Source: Blastocystis sp. Blastoise
Taxonomy: Eukaryota; Protista; Bigyra: Opalinata
Length of the DNA stretch: 64,000 nt
Assembly: GCA_039096225.1 (NCBI GenBank)
Contig: JBBPEB010000009.1
Span: forward strand, 248,001 to 312,000
Direction of reading: 5' to 3'
The number at the start of each line of letters is the position of its first letter. The stretch's first letter is position 1. The position numbers were made by a program, and so were the translations under genes. Below are positions 1-16,677 of this stretch, one piece after another. Under the pieces are notes generated by a model that worked only from the letters and a program-made list of their open reading frames with translations, was not told the origin of the DNA and did no database searches.

Positions 1-1041
1 GCTTATAATTCAGTATAATAGGAACAGATTTGAGGGGAATATATATATAACGATCAGAAAGAACTTTTTGAAAGGTCTTATTTTTAATCGTATCCTATAA
101 TAATAAGTAGAAGGGTAACATGATATATATATATATATATATACTGTTTTCCACTTGGTTAAAACTTCTTCAGAAACAGATTTATACCAGAAGAATCCAT
201 AGAGACTACTAAAGAACCTAAAGAGACAAAATAATCACGGGAATATATATATCATTATTTTGAATGATAAGTATAATAATAATAAATATAATAATAATAA
301 ACATAATAATAAATATAATAAACAGAAACATAATAATAAATATACTAAACATAAACATAATAAACATATAATAAAATAAAATACTTAAGGAAAACATCTC
401 CAAAGAATTCGAGTACTTCATAAGAATAGACGCTCATGTCACTTGATGTAAACACATTAAATAGTGTTCCTGCTGCGTCATTGGGGATTGTTAACGTGCT
501 TAGAGAGGGGTTCTTGAGGGATTGAAGAGGAATGAATGTTCGTTTCAAATAATCGTGGGAATCGAACGGTTGAACCAAAGGAAGAGTGTAATTCATTTGT
601 TTCTGTATATCGGTATAAATACGATATATATGGTTACACCAGAATAAATGATAGTAGAGGGAGTGCACGTGATTAAGCACAGTCATGTGTGACGCGTCAA
701 GGATAAATAGTGAACAGTAGTACGGAACTATCACCTGATTGGCTGATGGTGACGAACTAGAGAGTATATATAATGATAATAAACATAATAATAATAATAC
801 TAATAATAATAATGATTTATATACGTTTTCTTCTCTCTATAGGAAATAAATTCTTTGGTTTTTCTCTTTTGAGTTGTATTATTCACTGCCATATGTACCT
901 CTGCGAGTGGCTGATATTGATATAAATACTGAAAAGAATAGGGATAATGAGGGATATTCCCGCGGGGAAGTTGGAGGGAATAATCAGGTAAATCTTGAGG
1001 ATCTACACGATATTTAGGCGATACACATTGTATATATGTTC

Positions 1042-1074
<33 letters not shown>

Positions 1075-1147
1075 TATACTTCTTTGCCTTATTAGAATTG
1101 AAAGAGGAGAAAAGATTTAAATCACATTTTAAGTTTTTAAATGAATA

Positions 1148-1218
<71 letters not shown>

Positions 1219-3373
1219 AAACATACAGAGCATTATTGTATACTGTGCCAAATACATATCTATCATAAATATCCGTGGGAATTGAAGAGAAAGGATGAGG
1301 TTCGGTTAATGTTGGTGGGGCGTTGTCGTTATCAGGATTATATCCACGTGGAGCGTTAGTCGCCGTACATTCCGCGAAATAATTATTCACATATTGTACG
1401 ATTTGTGCCATGGATTTATTGTTCGCAGCTGTTTGTGTTTGGGAACACAATTGATAAATGAGCAAATCAAATAACGTAACAGAGGGAGGCGACGGAGATA
1501 CTATATATAAATAATAATAATAATAATAAACATATAAATATATACAGAAAAAGTTGCATATATCTTCCATGACTTCCCATTGAATACTTCCTTTATATAT
1601 ACATATACTATAAATCACAGAAGCTTCTACTGTAGATGCCTCCATTCCCGTGGGGAAGAAAGGTTCTTCGTTGTCAACAGTAACACTCTTATCGTTATAC
1701 AGGAATTTCATAAGCACATAGTGATAACGGTAAAGCGCATGATATTGGGGGACAGAGAGGGTAAGTGGGGGATGAGGTGAGGGATTAGGGAAAAATATAA
1801 GTATAGGAATAGAAAGATAATTATTATAAATATTATATTTAAAAAGTAAAATAAAATAAAATAAAATATATATATGGATATTAGTGAATTTATACATAGA
1901 TCGTGAATCATCGAAGAGTTGAAGAGAGGGATAAGAATGATTCTGTTTAACAAGTGCTCCAAATCTCCAAGGAATAGAGAGTGATCGTAGATGGACATTG
2001 GGATCCATAAATAAAGATGTATATAGAGAAGGAGCAGAAGGAGGAGAAGTAGAAGTAGAAGTAGAAGGAATTATTTCTATAGGTATATAAGTAAGATCTC
2101 TAGGGAGTATAGGCAGAGATGGTTGTACAAGAGGTGAAGTAGAAGGAGTGGGTATAACCGTGGGAATAGTTTGAGGTTGTTGTTGATGAGAACTAGGGGA
2201 TGATAAAGTAGACTGTTTTGAGGAAATGACAGGAGACGGAATAATAGAAGGAGTAGAAGGAGTAGAAGAAGGAGAGGAAGAAGGAATAATAGAAGGAGTA
2301 GTAGAAGGAGAGGAAGAAGGAATAATAGAAGGAGTAGTAGAAGGAGAGGAAGAAGGAATAATAGAAGGAGTAGAAGAAGAAGAAGAAGGAATAATAGAAG
2401 GAGTAGTAGTAGAAGAAGAAGAACTAATAATTGTATGAATACTCTTCATATATCGATATACATCTATATCTTCGAAAGAAGAAGAAGAAGAGGAAGAAAT
2501 TTGTTCAGTGGAAAATAATGCAGTAGACACAGTATTCGATATATTATTACTATTACTATTAGTATTATTAGTAGAAAGAGTAGATGTATATATAGGGACT
2601 TGAGGATATGTATTAAAAGGATTCTTTACAGAAGGTATACCAGCATTGATAGGAGTAATGGAAGATAGAGGAGAAGAGGAAGAAAGAGGATTGATATTAA
2701 GAGAAGTTGAGATAGGATTCATTCGTTGAGGGTTAACAGGCAAGCTCTTTTTCTTGAGAACAGAGGATTCAGAAGGAAGAGAAACAGGAGTTAATGGGAA
2801 AGAAGATTGAAGAGGATCCCCGTGATTATTAGATATAGAATTCGATAAATGTTGAGGAGAGACATTAGAGAGTATAGAATTAGGAAGAGAAGGAATAGAA
2901 GGAGGAGGTTTAATAGTATCATTAGTAGTATCAGGAGTAATCGTATTATTATTATTAGGAACAGTAGTAGTAGGAGGTTTAATAGTATCATTAGTAGCAG
3001 GAGTAATAGTATTATTATTAATAGTATTATTATTATTAATAGTATTATTATTATTTATAGTATTATTATTATTAATAGTATTATTAGGAGTAGACAGAGA
3101 ATTCAAGGGTAACAAAGGAGAAGCAATATTATTAATATTATTAATATTATTAATATTATTAATAGGAATATTGAGTGAAGGAGGCATATAGCAAGGTATA
3201 TTATTATCTTTGCAGTATTGTGCATAGCAGAGAAGATATTGATGATATGAGAAAGATCGTTGCAGGAGAGTGAAGGAGCGGATGGGAGTGACAATAGAAG
3301 AGAGAGAGGTAGTAAGCGTATAGGTATGAATAGGATGAGGAGTAATGGGATATAGAGATATATCCGTATAATA

Positions 3374-3422
<49 letters not shown>

Positions 3423-3892
3423 GTAATAATAATGAATAGAGAGTATTGTATACAATATATATAATAGTAAACAAGTATAGGTAGTATAAGATATACCATG
3501 ATATATAGAAGGGAACATAGAGGGATGTATATTGATATACAAGTAACTATCACTAGTATTAACGAAGCGACTGTCAAATGACTATATATATATGAAGTGA
3601 AAAACAGCAAAGGATTTATTAATAAAAAATCAAAAAAAAAAAATAAAAGAAGTTATAAACATAAATATATATATATACTTGTTGAAGAACAATCCATATA
3701 CTGGTTTGTCTTTCTAGGGAGGGTATATCCGTATAAGAATAAATGTAGGCATAGGGAATAAAGTCAGCTTGTGACGCATTGGGGGTAGAGACACAATTCT
3801 GAGCGACATTCATATTATAACGATCTAACAAGGGAATAATAGTAGAAATGCTATTCTCATTAGTAATAAGAATAAGTCTCGAAGCACTATAT

Positions 3893-3967
<75 letters not shown>

Positions 3968-4680
3968 ATATATATAAACATATATATATATACGGATTCT
4001 TATGTGTGCATACATAGAGAAGGAGCCAATAGAAATAAGTATCAGGACAATACATAGGCATATTCCTCTATATTATATATTATAGAATATATAAATATAT
4101 ATAATATTCAATAAATAATAAACATACATTTTGAGGATAAAAAAGGACATAATGAAAGAGATCCATTTGGAGGGGAATCTAATATATATATATATTGTAT
4201 ATTAAATATTCAAATACCCCATATTTGACCGCAATAAGAAGGTCTTCATTAAATTGTTCGTCAACATGAAGAGGAAACACATTCATTTTCTTAACTTCAC
4301 AACTACAACGAATGCACGCACACTATTAATAAATATTTTATAGATTAAGAATATTTAAAAATCGAATCATTAAGAATAATAAGGATTATATATATATATA
4401 TATACAGCTTCAGCATCTAGTTTATCCGTAAAAAGGGGAGAAACACAGATTTTCATTTGATTCGAAGTGGTGAGTTGAACTGCATATAACTTAATATATG
4501 CATATTCAATACTATGAATAAAAGGCGAAAACATATATATATTTTAAATAGTAAATAATAAAAAAAAAAATACACATAATAGGTGAATGTATATTGAATA
4601 TTCTTCTTGTCAAAATACTCCAGGAGAATTCTTCTATTTTCCTGTAACACTATCTTGTAGTTAGGCTTTTCTATTTCCAT
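1..4680 (-). CDS. Dicer-like RNase III protein (dsRBD/DUF283-like N-terminus, low-complexity insert, PAZ/connector, RNase IIIa); multi-exon, runs off the window's left edge
   Basis: The hand-checked GT-AG junctions at both ends stay in frame from the ATG at 4680. RNase III signature YEVLEFFGDVFLK at ~384-423 is followed by SEEVLTKWKT/DTIKNKTF, matching the E..LT..R...V.N..L helix. QPLAEV...QVIVPYYCSLFILDASHMTVLNHVHSLYYHL resembles the Dicer PAZ end and connector helix. N-terminal RRILLEYFDKK...KLDAEACAC has a dsRBD-like pattern. Confidence 0.75.
2240..2420 (-). repeat. Coding tandem repeat, ~36-nt unit encoding STTPSIIPSSSP, about 5 copies
   Basis: Repeated GGAATAATAGAAGGAGTAG...GAAGAA units on the + strand, inside the Dicer-like low-complexity region. 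Confidence 0.9.
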
Positions 4681-6351
4681 AATAGTTTTAGAACTAATCG
4701 AATGCTTTAGAAGTCAAAGTAAACGCTTGAATTAAGAATGCTCTCAAAAGTAGTTCAAAGAACAACAAACGAGATCAAAAGATAACTTAAAAGTTTAGCT
4801 TAATCTCTTCATTATCTAAAGTGTTTTTCATGAAACAATCATCAAAAATGAACAATTGACTTTTATTCACAAGAAACATCATTTTCACCCTTTTGATACA
4901 AATATTCCCGCGGTTTTACTTGAAGGTATGTTTTTTAGGCAATCAATAACTCCTGGATTGTCACTTTTCTTGGATTCAGTTTCTCCTTTCTAGAATATAG
5001 GCGAAAAGGATCATCAAAGATAACGATTGTATCAGAGCTATATTAGTTTAAAGTCTAAGGAACTTTTTGATCCTAAAAAATCGATATGAATGTGGTTTAC
5101 ACAGATTTTTTGGGATATGAAAATTCGCGAAATTGGTGTGCAAAATCTTTAATTCAAATTGCTAATGATGTGGTCTAGCTTTTGAAATAATATATAGAAT
5201 ATAATACTACTGAAAATTTTATAGAATCAAGAGTTTGACTTTCTTAAATGCAGTAAATGTGCTTTATTAAGCCAAATATTTTTTTATAATGATTTTCATG
5301 ACTTTATTTTAAGGTTTGAAAGCTTGGAGATACTTACTTTTTTGATTCAAAGATATTCATGTTGTAACAGTGACAATTATAAGATTATTTTTTCAAAAAC
5401 GGAAATAAGATTACTATAATGTGATAAATATGAAGAAGATAACAAAATGTAAATGATAAACATTGTTTTTATATTAAAAGAAAAACTAAATTAAGAAATA
5501 TTTAGAAGTCTTTTATGTTTTTAATACAATGGCAATAGGTAGTTATTTAGATTTTATATTTTATGGTGTTATCTTCTTTTATTCAATGGTTCCATGAACT
5601 ATCTATTGATACAAAATCAATTTTGATTTTTTGTGATAATTGTGCCATAAGAGTTCTCTCATTATTTAAAGATGATGACTTTATCATTAAATAATGTTAC
5701 TGAGTAAACTATTACGATATCGTATCCAATACGACGACATTTGACTTAAAAAACCAATGAAGAACTTCAACAAAAGTGCATTATATGATTCCCAATTCAA
5801 TCAAATTAGATATCAATTATATATAATGAATCAGACTCTTTGTAGAGTTCTACGCATGAATTAATGGAAGCCAAATTTAAGAAAATAATATACCTTCAAT
5901 ATAAATAAATAATATATTTATAAATATTTGTTTATTTATAAAAAAACAATGTTGAAGATAGTAAAATATACTATAGATTAGAAAAACAAGATTCAAAAAA
6001 TTCGCCTTAATATAAAAAAGAATTAAGAAAATTTTCTGGATTTAGAAGATAATTTTGACTGAAAAAAAGCGAATAAATAAAAATAGATGCGACTATAAAT
6101 TTTTGCGGACTGAACTCGGTTTTCTCGCAGAAATATTTTCTGCGTCCTTGGAGAAAAAGTGAAGGTTATGATAATCATGACTTATTTTACAAAAAGATGA
6201 ATACCTGAACAAACTTTTTCAAGAATAACATAATATCTATCTTTAAATCAACTTGATTTTGTATTTTTGCAAGAACAAAGACTCTTTTGTAACAAATTTA
6301 TATTTGCTAGACGAAAGACTTTGAATAACATTAATATTAGGAAAAACAAAA

Positions 6352-7968
6352 ATGCCTCATTCTGCTACTTTGCAAGCTCATCCTTACAAACAAGAAGATC
6401 GTTATGAAGTTAAAATAGGTGACTCTATTTTAGATTCTTGTATGTTATTTTCTGTTTTTATTCCTTATTGATTCTTTATAGACACCATTCGAAAAGAAAT
6501 TGGTTCTGGTATTTTCTTAGTACTTTTTAAATATTATTTTATTATTCTTAGGTAAGTGTAGTACTGTCTATCTTGCTTGGGATATCAAACATGAAAAATA
6601 TGTATGTTTTTCTAAGTACACCATTTTATTTTATTTTTTATTATAAAGGTTGCTCTTAAAATTAATAGACGTGAACGTCGCTATGAAATGGCTGCTATGA
6701 GAGAAATAAGAACCATTGTTGCTCTTAACAGAAGATCTGGTGGTGTCTGGTAAGTAATTTTATTTATTTTATTTTTTTAAATTTAAGAAGAATTTATATG
6801 TTTAATATATTTTGTATATATATGAATCATGTCTATTTATTCTATAGCAAAGGTATTCCAGAAATTCTTGCTTGGTTTAATATAGATGGTTATGTATTTG
6901 AAGTTATTCCTTTCATGGATAAAAATTTATTTGAAATTTTACTTCAAAATAAATTCAATCCTTTTGATGTATATATATATGTATTTTATGTTTTTTTTTA
7001 AATATATATAAATATATTATAAAATTACAGGATACTCTTATTTATGCTTTTATTCATTATTATATATATATATATATATAGATTGAGACCTTACGTACGA
7101 TGGTACGTCAGATTTTGAGTGTATTGGGCAGAATGCATAAGAGTGGAATTGTTCATACAGATATCAAACCAGAAAATATAATGTTTATGCCTTCAACTAC
7201 AGAGAAATCAGATGATATCAATGTTTTACCTGAACAAGTTCCTGATTTTAACAGTTTATGCCTTATTGATTTCGGTTCCGTTTCTTCTTCTACTGTTCCT
7301 CGTCGTGGACTTATCACCACTAGAACCTATAGAGCTCCAGAAGTTATATTAGATTTACATTGGAGTTTCCCTAGTGATATGTGGTCTTTAGGATGTATGC
7401 TTTATGAATTAGCTACAGGCCATCCCATATTCAAGACTCACCAACATTTCTTTGGAAATAGAGAACATCTTGGTATATAGATATATTTATAGTCTTAATC
7501 TTGATATATTTATATTCTTAATCTATATATATATATATATCTATAGCAATGATAGAGAAGTTATTAGGTCCTATACCTCAGGAGATGTATTCTCAATTAG
7601 CGGATCAGATACGAATGATGTATAAAGCAGATGGATATATATTATGGCCTCCGCCAGTTACTATGGAAACAGAAGAAGAGAAGCAACCGGGTGGCTGGGG
7701 ACATCACGACGTCTCCTGGAGCAGTCGCAGTCGTGCCGTTAAAGCCGTTAAACAATCCCCCACCGACATCGCCTCGTCACTTCCTGAACCGGATGATGAC
7801 TTTGTCGATTTCTTAACCTCTCTTCTTAAGTTACGTCCTGAAGATAGATTAACAGTAGATGAAGCCATTAAACATCCTTTCGTTACTAAGAAGGGCACAC
7901 TTCCTGCTATTAATATCGATATAGTAGTTCTTAATGAAGGACAAGATAACATTGATGCTATGGAATAA
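6352..7968 (+). CDS. CLK/LAMMER dual-specificity protein kinase
   Basis: Spliced exons give GSGKCSTVY, VALKI, HTDIKPEN, DFG, TRTYRAPEVILDLHWSFPSDMWSLGC and EHLAMIEKLLGPIP (LAMMER motif). Confidence 0.9.
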
Positions 7969-8753
7969 AACATTCAAGAGAATAATCAAAGAATATATTT
8001 ATATGTAATATCTATTTATTCATATATATATTCTTAAACATATTAAAGAAAAAATTATTTTATTTACGGTTATATACATGTTAGTTATATTTCTTTTCCT
8101 ATTCTCTCTTTATCATAAATCGTTAATATATATATATATATTAAAAGCCAATTTTCTTTTCTATTTTACTTTTTTTTCATTCTATATATATATTTTTTTA
8201 TATTTATCATATTATAATATAATTCATTTATTATATGAATACATATTTTTGTATACTTTTTCTAAATGAATATAGTAAAAGACACATCTTATATTATAAT
8301 TTTATTTTAAAATTCATTCATTAAATATTTTATATCTTATACTATTTATATATATTAACATATTTTTTTTTTATATATATATTACTTTCTGTACTCTGAT
8401 ACGTGTTTTTTATTATTGTATATTTACTTATCACACATTCAATCATGTATGTATCGATATTCTCCATTTCTTTTGTGTATTAGTTCTATCCTTTGTTAAT
8501 CATTCTTTTTTTTTTAATTCAAAAATTATATTATTAATTTACTGTGTTTTGTATTTAATTATGGCTATTCTTATTATATATATATTGATATACGTTTTTT
8601 GTATGCATTTGAATATTTATGGTTTATTTATATAATCTAAAAAAAAATTTCCTTTTAGAATGATTAATTATTATAATTTCAGATATATATATTATTTTAT
8701 GAACAAAACAATTTGTTTAGCTATAAATAATATATATATATAAAGACTTAATA

Positions 8754-10379
8754 TTATACAGAAATATTCCACAAGTCTATATATAATAAAATAGTGTTTA
8801 TAATATATATATATATACATGAATTTTTATCTGTTGATAATAATTGTGACTATAGAAACAATATAATAATGAATACTATATACTATATTGTTATTCTATA
8901 TAATCTATATACATAAATAGGATTCCAAAGTAGATGATTGATTGGATTTGTGTGCATTTTGAGCGTTGTAATTGTACGGTTAGGATTCGAGGGAATCTTC
9001 CATATATTTATATATACATTATTCTGAACTCCCGCCAAATAATTAGCATCTGGAGAAAGAGCGGGATTCGATATTCCCTCTATTTCAAATATCTATATAT
9101 ATATTATAGTAATATTTGAATTATAATATTATCAATAATACGTATATATATTTAGACGAGATATAAATAGTATATAGAGAAAATATCATATATATACCAT
9201 TGAACCAAGGATAGAGTCAATAATCGCGGTTTTGTGAGGTATATTTTTAGCAGTAGTTGATGGTAATGACGGAGCATTCATTTCTACTAATAATCGAGTA
9301 TCATCAACAGAATAATGAATATTTGATATAATATTTTGACCACAGTTGATATCAAAACTCTCATAAAAACCTTCCTTTAAATTTCGTATATCATATAAAT
9401 GAATAAAATCACTTTCAGCAGATACACCCAATGAAATACCAGTATGGCTTAAAGTGGCACTTAAGGGTTTATGATTATATTGAGGCATACGAATAATATA
9501 CTATACATGTATAATATAAATATATATATATTAATAATAATATAAATATATATATATTAATAATAATATAAATATATATATATTAATAATAATATAAATA
9601 TATATATATAATAATAATATAAATATATATATATAAATAATAATAAAAACCTATATAAATAATAATATAAACCTATATAAAAATAATAATATAAACATAT
9701 AAATATAGAATACTTGACAATTCTTGGAACGTAGATCCCATTGATATAAATATCCATCTTTATCCGCGGTTATTACAATATCCGATATAGGAGACACAGC
9801 AATCGAAGTAATTCTATATATATATATATATATACTTTTAATATACAATATATATGAATAAAATATAAAATAATAAGTTTGATATAACATAATAAAATAA
9901 TATTTAATAATATACGGATTACGATGGTGTGTAAAAGAGTGAATATATGTATTATCATATAATGATAAATATAAAAGTTGATTCTCATTAGTTTTCGAGG
10001 AACTACATAATATACAGCTTTCACTATTTGAATAGCAAAGATGAGAAAAACCATATTTAGAACACAAAATAGTCTTAACTAACCTATTTTTAAAAATAAA
10101 CTAACAAGAACAAAAATAATATATACCTCCCATTACAAGTATTGACCATAGAGATAGTACTGTCATCATATCCAATAGCAGCAAACTTACCTATATAAAA
10201 TTAGTATGAGAGATAATTAAAAATACCATGAATATGATAATCTGCTGTAACAACATTGGACTATCATTCAATAGATAACGATCAATCAATTATAAAAATA
10301 CAGGAGATGAAAAAACTGCGTTACAACTAAATTTATTAACGTCTTCGGGACTGATGTCGTATATAACCTCAGAATTCAT
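8754..10379 (-). CDS. WDR82: WD40 protein WDR82/Swd2 (COMPASS / CPF subunit)
   Basis: ILCSKYGFSHL...LLYLSLYDNTYIHSFTHH...ITSIAVSPISD...WDLRSKNCQ matches the Swd2/WDR82 pattern; multi-exon. Confidence 0.85.
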
Positions 10380-10701
10380 CCTTCAGTCACTGTTTCCTAT
10401 TTGTAAAATATAACTTATACTTAAAAATCAGTTATATAATTAAGAAAATAGAATTCAAAATTATGAGTCTAGTTCAATGTTTTTTTTTTGAAAGAGTACT
10501 TTCCCTACCTAGAAAATCTTCAAGGAGTCTGTTGTATATGGGGATTCCCCCGGTATATTGCGTAGAATATGAAAATGTTGGCGAGATGACCGAAATAAAC
10601 TGAAGTTTCATGAAAATCAAATTTCTTTTTGTTTATTTTTCTTTATCATCGTTATCTTTTCAATATTAATTGTTTTTTATTGATAGATTTATTGATTCGA
10701 C

Positions 10702-13483
<2,782 letters not shown>

Positions 13484-13892
13484 CCTTATATATATATTTA
13501 TTTATTATATCTTTTATTCATCTCATATCTATATCTATTATTATGAGTTCTTAAGTATATATTTTGTGTTCTTTTTATTTCTTTATAATTTCATTTCGTT
13601 TATTATTTCTTTATATTCAGATACAATTCTATTGTTTCGTTAGTTTTATATTTTTTAACCACAACCCTATCCATTATAGAAAACAATTATTTGTTTATAA
13701 TTCATGTAATTATATTTTATGTGTTTTCTCATAAAATAGTATATAAATATGGTAACTAAACATAACGCAAAATAGAAAGAGAATATATAGATTAAATATA
13801 TAAGATTATATCCATGAAAAAATAAATAAAATACAAGAAATCATTGAGAGAACAATAGAAGTTTTACAATAAAATAAAATAATTATAAAAAC

Positions 13893-14771
13893 TTATTCGT
13901 GAGTTTCTTTCTCTTCTGGTTCCGGAGCTTTCATATGCTATATAATATATTAATAATAAATATATTGATAATATTGATAATATTGATAATATTGATAATA
14001 ATAATAATAATAATTATTATTATTATTATAATATTTATTATTATAATAAATATTATAATAAATATTATAATAAATATAATAATAAATAATAATAATAAAT
14101 ATTACAATAATAAATATTATAATAAACATACTTGAGCACCGTAACTGATTAATTCAGGAAGTTTTTCAAGGAATTTATTATATAAAATACTAAGTTTAGA
14201 AGTAATATAATCGAATAATTTATTTATAATATCTTGAATTGATTCAGAATGGTTCTATAATATATAATATTAATTAATCATACATATTTCAAAAAAAAAA
14301 AAAAAGAAATAATTAAAATAAAATATATATAAATATATATTTACAATTAATAATGGTTCGAAAACAGCAGAATATATTTTATAGGCACCCTATAATAATA
14401 AATAATGATATATAATACATGAATTAATAACATATATACTTGAGTAGAAGGTAAAGCAAGCCATGTGATAATTGCTAACTTTATTAAAGGATAAAAAGGA
14501 ATTATAGATTTGAAAACATCAGTGATTACAGTAATAATAGAAAACATAGAAATGATAATCCTAAATAGTATAAAATTATACACAATCTTTAATAAAATAC
14601 CAATATGCAAGCCAGTGGTCCATCTTCTCCGTACTCTTACATTCAAGAGCTCTAAAAGAAGCATATGCAGGAATCAAATAGCCAATAAGTGTGCTATAAT
14701 CAAAATATATAGTTATAGTTATCACTAATATTTATATACAAAGCAACTGAGTAAAGAATAGAACCTTCCAT
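13893..14771 (-). CDS. YOP1/REEP/HVA22 (TB2/DP1) ER-shaping protein
   Basis: TLIGYLIPAYASFRALE...DHWLAYW/IIISMFS...IPFYPLIKLAIITWLALPSTQ/GAYKIY. Confidence 0.9.
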
Positions 14772-14964
14772 GTTTATTAATAATATAAAAATAATAAATT
14801 ACTACAAAAAATCTGAATTAGAATTATCTCTATAAAAATAGTTGAAAGATGCTGAATGACTCCTGGAAAAACGATTCTTTCTAGTAACAAGTTTTAAAAA
14901 TAAAATAGAGTAGCAAGATCTATTTTGTTAAATATCTTGGTTTTTTTCATAAATATTTCACAAA

Positions 14965-15507
14965 ATGGCATCTGTAGAAATCGATCCTATCTCTGTTGTA
15001 AAATTAAATCAGATTCGAATTCAACATCTACCTTGTGAAATTGATTCTAATGAAACCACAGATATGTGTGACTACTTCCAGATATCAGAAAATGAAAATA
15101 AAATAAAAGAAACAACTTTAAGAGGCCGATTATTGGTAGGAAAAGATATTCCTTTACCTAATTCAACACAAGGTAGGATCTATATGAATTATGCATTTTT
15201 TTTAATATTCAATTTCTATCTTTAGGATTTATTTTATCACAAGATTCTTCAGAATCAACAACAAAAAATTGTGTTACAGGCAGTTTTCAAAATATTACTT
15301 ATTGGTAAATGAATATATTACATTACATTATATTAATATTTATTTTAGGAATACAGACAGTGTTTGTTCAGACAATAATTTCCTTACAAAAAACTTCGAC
15401 TGGTTTACAATATCAAAAGCAGTAATATATATTTATTATTTATATTATTTACGTGTCTATCTTTATAGTTAAATGAAGATAGTGATGAAGAATCAAAATC
15501 TAATTAA
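14965..15507 (+). CDS. RNASEH2C: Ribonuclease H2 subunit C
   Basis: HLPCEI...DYF...LRGRLLVGKDIPLP...GSFQNITYWNTD...DWFTISKAL; 4 exons. Confidence 0.85.
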
Positions 15508-16304
15508 TATGCCGTATTTTTATATGTATAAAAACAATTATTAAAAAACAAAAAACATATATATATCTTTTTAAAATAAAAGGATGGGGTTTATCAAAAG
15601 AACATGAATAAAATTATATTATATATATATATATTCTTAATATATGTAAATGACTTTTGTTCGCCAAGTATACATGTAAAATGTATAATACAAAAAATAA
15701 TTTATATTTAAAAAGAATATATAAAGATCAATATAATAAATACACGACATCTAGATATATATATACAACTATAATATATATAAATGAATAATCAATTCAT
15801 TATTATAAAAATAATGACTAGAATGATTACATATATATATATATATAATTATATATAATTAAAATATAAATGATACTCAAGAGATGACAAATAGATGTAA
15901 TAAATAATGAAATGATAAATATATATAATGTATTAAAAAAAATAAATATACAAAAGAAAATGAAAAAAGATAAAAGAAAATGTCTTGCAAAGTAACAAAG
16001 AAATCGTTAAATATATATATATATATAAATACATAGAAAAGAGACTATATAATAAGAAAGATACACTATCACTACATATAAGTATCTTTTAATATCAATA
16101 TCTATTTATATATATATTTATAACTGCTTATGAAATGAAACAATCAAAGTATGTGCACATATATAATAATAAAAAAAAAAAAAGCAAAAAAATATGAAAA
16201 AATATGGAAAATTGTGAATAATCGTGATTATTTACATATAGATATGGTGGATTCGGTGTAGAAATCGAAATAATTGGTTAATAGAAGTATATAATCAAAT
16301 CAGA

Positions 16305-16640
16305 TTATTCTTCAGAATAATCAGGAATATTATTAATATCTAAATAAATTATATATTTAATTATATATATATATATACGCGTTGGTCTAAATCCATAGGA
16401 TGATTTTTTGGCTATATATATATATTTATAATAATCATAATCATAATTGATATATATATATATATACCTAAAGTCTTCTTATATTGATATGATTGATCAT
16501 CATCTATATATAAATGTATATATATATAAATATATATAAATGTATATATGTATATATTAGGAAGAGAAGAAGGAATAGAATTCTACATACCATCATCATC
16601 ATCTATATAATATATATATATAGAATATATAATATATAAA

Positions 16641-16677
<37 letters not shown>

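Noticed and set aside
2226-2438. GIIEGVVEGEEE repeat ORF on + strand
   Set aside because: Antisense shadow of the Dicer-like Ser/Pro repeat.
800-3610. 936-aa ORF taken as one exon with TM-like YIYI/LLLL stretches
   Set aside because: The hydrophobic stretches are stop-free microsatellite introns read through in frame.
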